Numbered from the stretch's first letter, positions 12,389 through 21,359 are shown. The stretch: 64,000 bases of DNA from an uncultured delta proteobacterium (GCA_963782055.1 CAWAIF010000003.1:2944001-3008000), one strand, 5' to 3'. The notes: generated by a model not told the origin, from the sequence alone. Numbers and translations are program-made.

Positions 12389-12766
12389 CTACGCTTGCGT
12401 CGGGGCGCTGCGGGCGAGGTGGAGCAGCGCCGCCGCGATGGTGGTGGCGAGCTCGGCGAGCGGCTCCTCGCCCGGCAGCGCGAGCACCAGGTAGTCGCGC
12501 GCGATGACGTCGTAGGTCGCCAGGTGGCGCAGCGGGCGAAGCTCCCCGCCGCCGGGCAGGGCGATGCCCGGCTTGGTCGGGCGCACGTCGTCGGCGAGCG
12601 GCTTGCCGTACCGGCGGAAGACGGGGGCGAGCCACTCCTCGGCGAGCTGGCCGATCGCGACGCCGTTCTCGCGCAGCACCAGCACCTCGCCTTCCACCGC
12701 CAGCGTCGTCCGCACGAGCGCGCCGCCGGCGTCGAAGGTCTCGTGCACCACGAGGGAGGCGCTCAC
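12389..12766 (-). CDS. Hypothetical protein
   Basis: 125-aa ORF; start overlaps the upstream stop (GTGA); typical codon usage. Confidence 0.65.
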   Translation of the reverse strand: MSASLVVHETFDAGGALVRTTLAVEGEVLVLRENGVAIGQLAEEWLAPVFRRYGKPLADDVRPTKPGIALPGGGELRPLRHLATYDVIARDYLVLALPGEEPLAELATTIAAALLHLARSAPTQA

Positions 12767-13203
12767 GCCTCCTCCGGCGCGACCGGTCCGACCTCCGCCG
12801 CCTTCTGCCGCACGAAGGCCTTGATGGCGCGCATGGGCACCGCGGTCGGGCAGACCTTCTCCAGCTCGGTGAGCCGCGCGTCATCGACGACGTCGAAGGA
12901 GCGGGCGGCGGCGTCGAAGTCGGGCATGCTGCGCGACGACGCGACGACGAGGTCCATGACCCCGGCGTACACGCCGCGCGAGGCCACCGCCCGCGCCGCC
13001 TCGCCCACATCGCACCGCCCGCACGCGATGCACCCGCCGAAGGCAGGCAGGGCGCGGCGCTCGTCGGGGGCCACCGCGGGGAGGCGATCTCTGGCGTAGC
13101 TCGCGCGGAACGCTGCGACGCCGCGCCGGGCGCCGAAGATGGGACCGATGAGCGTCTTGAGCAGCGCCCAGAAGAGGATCCAGGCCGCGTGCAGTCGCTC
13201 CAT
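12763..13203 (-). CDS. Small membrane-anchored protein with putative [4Fe-4S] Cys motif
   Basis: N-terminal hydrophobic helix; CIACGRC plus distal VCPTAVP. Confidence 0.65.
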   Translation of the reverse strand: MERLHAAWILFWALLKTLIGPIFGARRGVAAFRASYARDRLPAVAPDERRALPAFGGCIACGRCDVGEAARAVASRGVYAGVMDLVVASSRSMPDFDAAARSFDVVDDARLTELEKVCPTAVPMRAIKAFVRQKAAEVGPVAPEEA

Positions 13204-13227
13204 CGTGCCGTCCACGATTAGCGCCGC

Positions 13228-13266
13228 CTTAACAGTTCTTCAACCTCTCGCGCGTGGGTCCTTAAC
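13228..13266 (+). promoter_or_regulatory. Putative OmpR-family response-regulator boxes
   Basis: CTTAAC (13228), TTCAAC (13239), CTTAAC (13261) at offsets 0, 11 and 33 bp, upstream of an operon encoding an OmpR-family regulator. Confidence 0.5.
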
Positions 13267-13304
13267 GTTCGCGCCACAAGCTCTCGGGCACACGGAGGCA
13301 CATC

Positions 13305-13928
13305 ATGCTCGGGTTTCTCATCGGTACGGCATGTCTCATCGGGCTCATCAAGGTGGCCCGCCACGGCCGCGGCTGCGGCGGCTGGGAATACGCGCACGGC
13401 TGCGGCCACGGCGGCGGCGGGGGCGGTCACCATCATCACCATCACCACGGCGGCTGGGGGCACGGCCACGGCGGCGGTCCCGGCTGGGGACGCGGCAGCT
13501 GGGGACGCGGCGGCGGCTGGGGCGGACGCGGCTTCTTCCTGCGCGGCCTCTTCTCGCGGCTGGAGACGACGCCCGGCCAGGAGAAGGCCATCAAGGCGGC
13601 GCTCGATCAGCTCTTCGAGACCGCCAAGCAGTCGCGACGCGAGTGGCGCGATACCGGAGAGCTCGCCACCCTGCTCCGCGGCGAGACCTTCGACCGCACT
13701 GCGGCCGAGGGCCTGAGCGGCAAGGCCGACGCGTCCTTCGCCAGGGTGCGCGTCGCCTTCGTCGAGGCGCTCGCGCAGATCCACGAGGTGCTCGACGACC
13801 GCCAGCGGCGCATCCTCGCCGACTTCCTGGAGTCCCGCGGCGGCTTCTTCCGCGGCGGCTGGGGCGGCGGCGGTGGCTGGGGCGGCGGACCTTACCGCAG
13901 CCCGGGCGGCGACAGGGACTGGGTCTGA
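13305..13928 (+). CDS. Spy/CpxP-like (heavy-metal-sensor-type) helical protein with His/Gly/Trp-rich segment
   Basis: N-terminal TM; HHHHHHH and GGWG repeats; LETTPGQEKAI...IHEVLDDRQRRIL (LTxxQ-like); GGAGG SD. Confidence 0.75.
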   Translation: MLGFLIGTACLIGLIKVARHGRGCGGWEYAHGCGHGGGGGGHHHHHHHGGWGHGHGGGPGWGRGSWGRGGGWGGRGFFLRGLFSRLETTPGQEKAIKAALDQLFETAKQSRREWRDTGELATLLRGETFDRTAAEGLSGKADASFARVRVAFVEALAQIHEVLDDRQRRILADFLESRGGFFRGGWGGGGGWGGGPYRSPGGDRDWV

Positions 13929-13940
13929 GAGGAGGATGCC

Positions 13941-14129
13941 ATGCGACGCAGAATTCTCATGATCCTCCTCGCCCTCGGCACCGTCGGGGGCTACTCGGCG
14001 GGCTTCGCCCACATGCACTGCGCGGGGGCCGCGCGGCGCGCCGCCTTCGAGCACCACGTCGCCAGGGTGTGCGTGGACGCTGCTCGGGGGGCCGGTCGGG
14101 CCCCCGGCGCCGCCGCCGTCGCCCGATGA
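13941..14129 (+). CDS. Small exported or membrane protein (62 aa)
   Basis: Preceded by GAGGAGG; signal/TM MRRRILMILLALGTVGGY; HMHC and EHHVARVC. Confidence 0.65.
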   Translation: MRRRILMILLALGTVGGYSAGFAHMHCAGAARRAAFEHHVARVCVDAARGAGRAPGAAAVAR

Positions 14130-14171
14130 CGCCGGTTCCCGGGCGGGACGACGTCCCGCGGAGGAGGTAAC

Positions 14172-14858
14172 GTGCTGGACGCGATGCGCGTGCTCCTCAT
14201 CGACGACGACGCGAGGCTCTTCGAGCTGCTCTCGAGCTACCTCGAGCAGAACGGCGTGACGGTCAAGGGCGCGCCCGACGGCAAGAAGGGCCTCGCGCTC
14301 CTCGAGGAGGGCGGCTTCGACGCCGTCCTCCTCGACGTCATGATGCCGGGCATCGATGGGCTGGAGGTGTGCCGGCGCATCCGCCACAAGAGCAACGTGC
14401 CGGTGCTCATGCTCACCGCCAAGGGCGACGAGACCGATCGCGTCGTGGGCCTGGAGATCGGCGCCGACGACTACATCGCCAAGCCCTTCAGCCCGCGGGA
14501 GCTACTCGCGCGCCTTCGCGCCGTCATCCGGCGCGTGCAGCCCGACGTGCCGGTGGAGCGGATCGTGGTGGGCGAGGTGGCGGTCGACCTCGGCCGGCGC
14601 GAGGTGCTGCGCGGCGCCGAGCGCGTGGACCTCACCGGCATCGAGTTCGACATCCTGGTCGCGCTGATGCGCCGCGCCGGGCGCGTGGTGCCGCGCGAGT
14701 CGCTGCTCAGCGAGGCGGGCAGGGGAGACGTGGTCGTCGGCGAGCGCACCGTCGACGTTCACATCTCGCACCTGCGCCAGAAGCTCGGGGACGATCCGAA
14801 GACCCCCAAGCTGATCAAGACGGTGCGCGGCGTCGGCTACGTGCTGTCGAGGGAGTAG
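14172..14858 (+). CDS. OmpR/CpxR-family response regulator
   Basis: LLIDDD, LLDVMMPGIDG, MLTAKG, GADDYIAKPF, RTVDVHISHLRQKL, IKTVRGVGY. Confidence 0.95.
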   Translation: MLDAMRVLLIDDDARLFELLSSYLEQNGVTVKGAPDGKKGLALLEEGGFDAVLLDVMMPGIDGLEVCRRIRHKSNVPVLMLTAKGDETDRVVGLEIGADDYIAKPFSPRELLARLRAVIRRVQPDVPVERIVVGEVAVDLGRREVLRGAERVDLTGIEFDILVALMRRAGRVVPRESLLSEAGRGDVVVGERTVDVHISHLRQKLGDDPKTPKLIKTVRGVGYVLSRE

Positions 14859-14861
14859 GGG

Positions 14862-16250
14862 ATGGGCTTCCACGAGCGGTGGCGCGAGCGGAGGGAGCGG
14901 TGGCACGAGCACCACGAGCGGTGGCACGAGCACCACGAGCGGTGGCACGCCCTGCACGATCACCCGGCCGCGTGCGAGATCCCCGCGGAGGTGCGCGCGC
15001 GCTGGTACTACCGCTGGCGGCTCCAGCGGCGCATCTTCGCCTGGTTCGGCCTCACCATCCTGCTCACCGGGCTGGTCGTGGCGTTTGTCTTCCGCGGCAA
15101 CGCCGAGAGCTACAAGCGCGACATGCTGCGCGTGCAGACCTTCGTCAGCGATCGCTTCGCGCGGGTGTGGGACGAGCCCGCGCGGCGTGACGAGCTGGCG
15201 CGCTCCCTCGCGGGGGACCTGGACGTCGATCTGGTGCTGCGCTCGCCATCCGGCGCGACCCTCGCCAGCTACGGGCGGAGCTGCACCTCCCCCCAGGCGA
15301 AGGTGCCTGTCGTGCGCGGCGGCGCGACGCTCGGCGAGGTGTGGGTCTGCGCCGACCGCCACCGCGCGGGGAGGCCGTGGCAGCTCATCGGCCCGCTGCT
15401 GGTGACCTTCCTGATCCTCTGGGGCGCCTCGGGCGGGATCGCGCGGCGGCTCGCGCGTCCCTTCGCCGAGCTGGAGCGCGTGGCGCGCGCCATCGGTCAG
15501 GGCGACACGCGCGCACGCTTTGCCCTCTTCGGGCGTCGCGGCGGCGCGGAGGTGGCCTCGCTGGGCGCCACCATGAACGAGATGGCCAACCGCATCGAGG
15601 AGCAGCTCGCCGACCAGCGTGCGCTGCTCGCCACGGTGTCGCACGAGATCCGCACGCCGCTCTCGCGCATGCGGCTGCTGGTGGAGCTCGCGCGTGCGGG
15701 CGGCGGCGACGCCAGGACGCTGGACGAGCTGGACGAGGAGATCGTCGGCGTGGACGAGCTGGTGAGCGAGCTGCTGGCGGCCTCGCGCCTGGACTTCTCC
15801 ACGCTGCGGCGCACGCGGCTGCTCGCCAAGGAGGTGGCGGAGACGGCGCTCGGGCAGGCGAAGGTGGACGTCTCGGTGCTCGACGCCGAGACGCCCGACG
15901 CGGCCTTCGAGGGCGACGCGACGCTGGTCGCCCGCGCGGTGCGCAACCTGCTGGAGAACGGGCGGCGGCACGGCGGCGGTGTCGCGCAGATGCGCGTGCG
16001 CACGACCGGCCGGCGCGTCGTGTTCGAGGTGGAGGACGACGGTCCGGGCTTCGAGGCCGGGGAGGAGGAGCAGGTTTTCGAGCCGTTCTACAGCCGGAGC
16101 AAGGGCGGTGAGGCGGCCGGCAAGCGTTCGGTGGGGCTGGGACTGGCGCTCGTCAAGCGCATCGCCGAGGCCCACGGCGGCCGGGCCTACGCGGAGAACC
16201 GCGCCGGCGGCGGCGCGCGGGTGGCCGTGGAGTTCCCTCTCGCATCCTGA
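14862..16250 (+). CDS. HAMP-domain sensor histidine kinase with His-rich N-terminal repeats
   Basis: Two TMs, HAMP, H-box VSHEIRTPL, N-box NLLEN, DDGPG, FEPFY, GLGLALV. Confidence 0.93.
   Translation: MGFHERWRERRERWHEHHERWHEHHERWHALHDHPAACEIPAEVRARWYYRWRLQRRIFAWFGLTILLTGLVVAFVFRGNAESYKRDMLRVQTFVSDRFARVWDEPARRDELARSLAGDLDVDLVLRSPSGATLASYGRSCTSPQAKVPVVRGGATLGEVWVCADRHRAGRPWQLIGPLLVTFLILWGASGGIARRLARPFAELERVARAIGQGDTRARFALFGRRGGAEVASLGATMNEMANRIEEQLADQRALLATVSHEIRTPLSRMRLLVELARAGGGDARTLDELDEEIVGVDELVSELLAASRLDFSTLRRTRLLAKEVAETALGQAKVDVSVLDAETPDAAFEGDATLVARAVRNLLENGRRHGGGVAQMRVRTTGRRVVFEVEDDGPGFEAGEEEQVFEPFYSRSKGGEAAGKRSVGLGLALVKRIAEAHGGRAYAENRAGGGARVAVEFPLAS
14895..14948 (+). repeat. 21-bp tandem repeat GAGCGGTGGCACGAGCACCAC (~2.6 copies) encoding ERWHEHH
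   Basis: Copies at 14895, 14916 and a partial copy at 14937. Confidence 0.9.
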
Positions 16251-16267
16251 GCCGCAACGCGCGATGG

Positions 16268-16774
16268 TTGGGGCGCGTGCGGTCCTCGACGGCTCACCTC
16301 CCTCTCGCGGCGCTGCTGCTCTTGGGCGCCTGCTCCGGCGCGACGGCGCGTCCCGCGCACTCGCCGCGGGCGAGCTCCGCCCGGGTGACGACCACCCCGG
16401 GTCCGGCGTCCGGCCCGCGGCCCGCGTCCACGGCGTCGCAGGTGCTGCAGCCGGCGCCGCCTCCCGCGGGCGGCGCACCGTTCCAGGTGGGGAAGGCGTC
16501 GTGGTACGGCGCCGCGCTCGCCGGTCACAAGACGGCGAGCGGGGAGCGCTTCGATCCGGAGCAGATGACCGCCGCGCACCGCACGCTGAAGATGGGGACG
16601 TGGGTGGAGGTCCGGCGCACCGACAACGGCAAGATCGTGCGCGTGCGGATCAACGACCGCGGCCCGGTCTCGCACCGCCTGATCATCGACCTGTCGCACG
16701 GCGCGGCCGAGCGTCTCGGGATGGTGCGCATGGGGATCGCGCCCGTGGAGCTGAGGATCGTCAGCGGCCCGTAG
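16268..16774 (+). CDS. rlpA: RlpA-family lytic transglycosylase lipoprotein
   Basis: Lipobox LLGAC; GKASWYG, TASGERFD, TAAHRTL, VRINDRGP, IIDLS. Confidence 0.92.
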   Translation: MGRVRSSTAHLPLAALLLLGACSGATARPAHSPRASSARVTTTPGPASGPRPASTASQVLQPAPPPAGGAPFQVGKASWYGAALAGHKTASGERFDPEQMTAAHRTLKMGTWVEVRRTDNGKIVRVRINDRGPVSHRLIIDLSHGAAERLGMVRMGIAPVELRIVSGP

Positions 16775-16896
16775 GCGGGTCGTGGGGGGCTTCCCCCGCC
16801 TGCCCGGTTTGAATAATCTCTCGCCGCACCCGTCATCACATCGTGCGCCTCCCGCGCACCTCCCACCCCGGCCGGGGAAACGTGAGAAGAAAACAG

Positions 16897-17406
16897 ATGG
16901 ACCCGACGATCCGCACCTCCGTGCTCGTGACCCTTGCCGCCGTGGGCGCGGCGCTCGCCGTGGGCTGCAGCGGCATCCGCGTGGTGCGCGAGAGCAAGTA
17001 CGGCGGGGAGATCGCCCTGTTCGGCAGCCGCGAGGACGCCATGGTGAAGGCCCGCCAGGAGATGGCGGCCACGTGCGGCGGTCCCCAGAACTACGAGGTC
17101 GTCGAGGAGGGAGAGGTCGTGGTCGGCACCGTGTCCACGACCCACGAGCAGCAGCAGACCGAGCACGGCCGCACCTTCCACGGGCGCCCGGCGGTGCGCA
17201 CCAACACGGTGCAGACGACCGACACGCAGGACAAGACGGAGTGGCGGGTGAAGTACCAGTGCAAGGGCGCCGAGGCGCCGCCGCCGGCCCCCGGGACAGG
17301 CGCACCGCCGCCGGATGGCACGCCCCAGCCCGCGCCGACCGACGCCGCCCCACCGCCCGCCGGCCCGCAGGGGCGCATCATCCACGAGCTCGTCATCCGC
17401 TTCTGA
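16897..17406 (+). CDS. Hypothetical lipoprotein with Pro-rich tail
   Basis: Lipobox LAVGC; Cys pair (TCGG...YQC); YEVVEEGEVVVG. Confidence 0.8.
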   Translation: MDPTIRTSVLVTLAAVGAALAVGCSGIRVVRESKYGGEIALFGSREDAMVKARQEMAATCGGPQNYEVVEEGEVVVGTVSTTHEQQQTEHGRTFHGRPAVRTNTVQTTDTQDKTEWRVKYQCKGAEAPPPAPGTGAPPPDGTPQPAPTDAAPPPAGPQGRIIHELVIRF

Positions 17407-17431
17407 CGAGCCAGGAGGCGCGTCCTCTTCA

Positions 17432-18826
17432 CTACACGACCGGGAGACTCCGCACCGCCTTCGCGGTCCGCTTCGGCAGGCCGTCGCGCGCCGCCGGGAC
17501 GAGCGCGCCGGCGAGCGAGTGCTTGTTCGCCCGGACAATCTCCACCTCCACCACGCGGCCGACCATGTCCAGGTCGTCGGCGCCCTCCACGTGGACGATC
17601 TCGTTGCGCTCGGTGCGGCCCTCGCTCCCGCCCTCGACGAGGACGAGCTCGACGCCGCCGACGCGGCGCGCGAGGTTCGCTCGCGTCAGCTCCTCCGCCA
17701 CCTCGAAGAGGCGCGCCAGGCGCTCCGCCTTCGCCTCCTCGGGCACGTCGTCCTCCAGGCGCAGCGCCGGGGTGAAGGGGCGCCGTGAGAACTTGAAGCC
17801 GAAGAGGGAGACGAAGCCGACCTCCCGCACCAGGGAGAGGGTGGCCTCGAAGTCCTCGTCCGTCTCGCCGGGGAAGCCGACGATGACGTCGGTGGAGACG
17901 GTCATGTCCGGGCGCGCCGCCAGAAGGCGGCCGACGCGTTCGATGTATTCTGCACGCTTGTAGCGGCGGATCATGCGGCGGAGCATGCGGTCGCTCCCCG
18001 ACTGGACGGGCATGTGGACGTGCCGCGCCAGCACGTCGAGCTCCGCGTGCGCCCGGGCGAGGGACGCGGTGGCGTGTCGCGGGTGGGGGCTGGTGTAGCG
18101 AAGGCGCAGCAGGCCTGGCACGCCCCGCGCGATGGCGCGCAGGAGGTGGGGGAACTGCGACTCGTCGGGGTCCTCGCTCTCGGGGGGCGGCAGCGCGGGG
18201 TCGCGGAAGCTGTCCACCGTCTGCCCGAGGAGGACGACCTCCCGCGCGCCGGCCTCGACCCAGCGGCGCACCTCGGCGACGATCTCCGCCGCCGGGCGGT
18301 AGCGCTCCGGGCCGCGGGTGTAGGGGACGATGCAGAAGGAGCAGCGCTCGTCGCAGCCCTTCATGGTGGTGACGAAGGCGCTGACCGGCGCGCGCCCCGG
18401 CTCCGGCCGGGCGGCGAGGAAGCGCGGGGCGTCCAGGTCGAAGACGGTGCGCGTGGCGGGCGGCGCGCCGGCGATCTGCTGCTCCAGCAGCGCGGGGAGC
18501 TCCTCCAGGTTGTCCGGGCCGACGACGAGATCGAGCTCCGGGATGCGCGCGAGGAGCTTCTCCCCCTCTTGCTGGGCGACGCACCCGGCGACCACCAGGA
18601 GCAGGCCCGGGCGCTCGCGCTTGAGGCGCGCCAGCCGACCGACCTCGCTGCGCAGCTTCTGCTCCGCCTTCTCCCGGACGCTGCAGGTGTTGAGGACGAC
18701 GGCGTCGGCGGAGCGAGCCTCCCCGGCCTCCGTCCAGCCGTGGCCGCGCAGGACCTCCACCATCCGGTCGGAGTCGTGCACGTTCATCTGGCAGCCGAAC
18801 GTCTGGACGTGAAAGGCCCTTGCCAC
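17432..18826 (-). CDS. miaB: tRNA-i6A37 methylthiotransferase MiaB
   Basis: TFGCQMNVHDS, NTCSVRE, GCVAQ, radical-SAM GCDERCSFCIVP, HMPVQSGSD, IVGFPGET, TRAM domain. Confidence 0.96.
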   Translation of the reverse strand: MARAFHVQTFGCQMNVHDSDRMVEVLRGHGWTEAGEARSADAVVLNTCSVREKAEQKLRSEVGRLARLKRERPGLLLVVAGCVAQQEGEKLLARIPELDLVVGPDNLEELPALLEQQIAGAPPATRTVFDLDAPRFLAARPEPGRAPVSAFVTTMKGCDERCSFCIVPYTRGPERYRPAAEIVAEVRRWVEAGAREVVLLGQTVDSFRDPALPPPESEDPDESQFPHLLRAIARGVPGLLRLRYTSPHPRHATASLARAHAELDVLARHVHMPVQSGSDRMLRRMIRRYKRAEYIERVGRLLAARPDMTVSTDVIVGFPGETDEDFEATLSLVREVGFVSLFGFKFSRRPFTPALRLEDDVPEEAKAERLARLFEVAEELTRANLARRVGGVELVLVEGGSEGRTERNEIVHVEGADDLDMVGRVVEVEIVRANKHSLAGALVPAARDGLPKRTAKAVRSLPVV

Positions 18827-18891
18827 GGGGCCCGATTTAGCACGAACGGGGCCCTTTCCGTCTCCGGTCCGGGTGCTACGCTCCGCCTCCC

Positions 18892-20730
18892 ATGACCACC
18901 GCGCGATTTTCCACCCTCGTCGATGTCTTCGAGCACTCCATCCACGACTTCGCCGGCCGGGAGCTCTTCGGCACGAAGAAGAACGGCCAGTGGGTGTGGA
19001 CCACTTACGCCGAGTTCGGCAAGCAGGTGGACGCCTTCCGCGGCGGGCTCGCCTCCATCGGGGTGACGCGCGGGGACAAGGTGGCGGTCATCTCGGACAA
19101 CCGCGTGGAGTGGGCCGTGTGCGCGTACGCGTGCTTCGGGCTGGGCGCCGCGCTGGTGCCCATGTACGAGGCGCAGCTGGACAAGGACTGGGAGTTCATC
19201 GTCAAGGACTGCGAGGCGAAGGTGCTCTTCGTCGCGACGAAGGCGGTGTTCGACAAGACCAAGGGCTTTCTGGACTCCATCCCGAGCTTGAAGCACGTCA
19301 TCTGCCTGGAAGAGGTGCCGGCGGACGGCAAGCGCACGCACACCTATGCGTCGCTGGCGGGGAGTGGGCAGAGCGTGCCCTCCATCCACCCGAAGCCGGA
19401 GGACGTCGCCTGCGTCATCTACACGAGCGGCACCACGGGCAACCCGAAGGGCGTCATCCTCTCGCACTCCAACATCGCCTCCAACGTGAGCGCGGTGCAC
19501 GAGGTCTTCCCGATGAGCCTGGACGACCGCTCGCTGTCCTTTCTGCCGTGGGCGCACTCCTTCGGCCAGACGTGCGAGCTGCACACGCTCTTCTCGCTGG
19601 GCGCGAGCATGGGCCTGTGCGAGTCGACGACGAAGATCCTCGAGAACCTGGCGGAGGTGAAGCCGACGCTGCTGATGAGCGTGCCGCGCATCTTCAACAA
19701 GCTCTACCAGGCGGTGCAGAAGCAGATCAGCGAGCAGCCGGCGCCCATCCAGGCGCTGGTGAAGTCGGCGCTCAAGGCCGCGGGCAAGGAGCGAGAGGGC
19801 AACCGCCTCACCCTGAAGGAGCACGTGGTGCTCACGCTCGCCGACAAGCTGGTGTTCTCCAAGGTGCGCGCGCGCCTCGGCGGGCGACTCCGCTACGCCT
19901 TCAGCGGCGGCGCCGCCATCTCGCGGGAGGTCGCCGAGTTCATCGACTCGGTCGGCATCAAGGTCTACGAGGGCTACGGCCTCTCCGAGACGAGCCCCAT
20001 CGCCACCGCCAACTGCCCGGGCGAGCGGCGCATCGGGTCGGTCGGGCGCGCCATCCCGGGGGTGAAGATCGTCATCGACCCGAGCGTCGGCCACGCGCAG
20101 AACGGCGCCGGTGGCCGCGTGGAGGGTGAGATCCTCATCTACGGGCCGAACGTGATGCAGGGCTACCTGAACCGCAAGGAGGAGAACGACGCCGTCTTCA
20201 CCAAGGACGGTGGCTTCCGCACGGGCGACCAGGGCTACCTGGACCCGTACGGCTACCTGTACATCACCGGCCGCATCAAGGAGCAGTACAAGCTGGAGAA
20301 CGGCAAGTACGTGGTGCCGTCGCCGCTGGAGGAGCAGCTGAAGCTCTCGCCCTTCGTGCTCAACGCCTTCGTCTACGGGGACAACAAGCCGTACAACGTG
20401 GCGATCGTCTGCGCGAACGTCGACGCCGTGAAGAAGTGGGGAAACGAGCAGGGGCTCGGCTCCCTCTCCACCGAGGCGCTGCTCGAGAACGCGCGCGTGC
20501 GCGATCTCTTCCGCAAGGAGATCGATAAGTGCTCGGAGGGCTTCAAGGGCTTCGAGGAGGTCAGGGAGTTCGCCGTGGTGCCGGAGGACTTCACGACCGA
20601 AAACGGCATGCTCACCCCGAGCCTGAAGGTGAAGCGGCGCAAGGTGATCGAGAAGTACGGCAAGCTGGTCGAGGGCCTCTACGCGACGAAGCGTGAGAAG
20701 AAGGCGCAGGCCTCCGCCAACGTGAACTGA
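18892..20730 (+). CDS. Long-chain fatty acid--CoA ligase
   Basis: IYTSGTTGNPKGV, EGYGLSETSP, FRTGD, ITGRIKE, LTPSLKVKR. Confidence 0.93.
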   Translation: MTTARFSTLVDVFEHSIHDFAGRELFGTKKNGQWVWTTYAEFGKQVDAFRGGLASIGVTRGDKVAVISDNRVEWAVCAYACFGLGAALVPMYEAQLDKDWEFIVKDCEAKVLFVATKAVFDKTKGFLDSIPSLKHVICLEEVPADGKRTHTYASLAGSGQSVPSIHPKPEDVACVIYTSGTTGNPKGVILSHSNIASNVSAVHEVFPMSLDDRSLSFLPWAHSFGQTCELHTLFSLGASMGLCESTTKILENLAEVKPTLLMSVPRIFNKLYQAVQKQISEQPAPIQALVKSALKAAGKEREGNRLTLKEHVVLTLADKLVFSKVRARLGGRLRYAFSGGAAISREVAEFIDSVGIKVYEGYGLSETSPIATANCPGERRIGSVGRAIPGVKIVIDPSVGHAQNGAGGRVEGEILIYGPNVMQGYLNRKEENDAVFTKDGGFRTGDQGYLDPYGYLYITGRIKEQYKLENGKYVVPSPLEEQLKLSPFVLNAFVYGDNKPYNVAIVCANVDAVKKWGNEQGLGSLSTEALLENARVRDLFRKEIDKCSEGFKGFEEVREFAVVPEDFTTENGMLTPSLKVKRRKVIEKYGKLVEGLYATKREKKAQASANVN

Positions 20731-20762
20731 GGAGCGCGGGCCGATCGGCCACACGCGAGCAA

Positions 20763-21359
20763 TCAGCGCGCGGGCTCGTCCGTCGGGCACGCGCGGTCGA
20801 TCTCGCCGTGGTGGCGCTTCCGGGCGGCCTGCGCACGGCGCGCGCGCGCCTCTCCCCGCAAGAACCAGAACCCGCCGTAGGTGAGCCTGTCGAGCGTGGC
20901 CTCGTCGCCGAAGCCGAGCCGGATGCGCATGCAGAGCACCTCGAGGTGCCGGCGGGCGCGGGCGCACCGCCGCGCGTCGGGCCAGCGGCGTGCACCTGGG
21001 GCGAGCGCGCCGTCCAGCGCGAGCCCGACGTGTCCGACGAGCACCAGCCCGAAGAAGGCGCGACGGACGCGGCGGCGTCCCTCCGGCGTCAGCGCGACGA
21101 TGATGTCGCGCCCGTCGCGACGCCGCGTGACGAGCCCCAGCTGCTCGAGGGACCGCATCATGACGCTGATGGTGGAGCGCGCCACCCCGAGCCCGCGCCG
21201 AAGCTGGCTCTGAAGGTGCACGGCGCGTGTACCCAGACGATGAATCGCATCGAGCAGATCGTACCGCGCCGCCGTGAGCCCCATCGCCGCAAGCGCCCGC
21301 CGCGTCAGCCGCAGCGTCGCGTAGTAGGCCCGCTTGATCGAGAAGAACACAGGGTCCAT
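20763..21359 (-). CDS. MarR-family winged-helix regulator
   Basis: GLTAARYDLL...LQSQLRRGLGVARSTISVMMRSLEQLGLVTRR...VALTPEGRR; start at 21359 or 21371. Confidence 0.8.
   Translation of the reverse strand: MDPVFFSIKRAYYATLRLTRRALAAMGLTAARYDLLDAIHRLGTRAVHLQSQLRRGLGVARSTISVMMRSLEQLGLVTRRRDGRDIIVALTPEGRRRVRRAFFGLVLVGHVGLALDGALAPGARRWPDARRCARARRHLEVLCMRIRLGFGDEATLDRLTYGGFWFLRGEARARRAQAARKRHHGEIDRACPTDEPAR

Noticed and set aside
14895..14948. Short direct repeats as a possible CRISPR array (also 41771..41830 and 11469..11492)
   Set aside because: Repeats are head-to-tail with no unique spacers, two sets are in-frame coding repeats, and no cas genes are present
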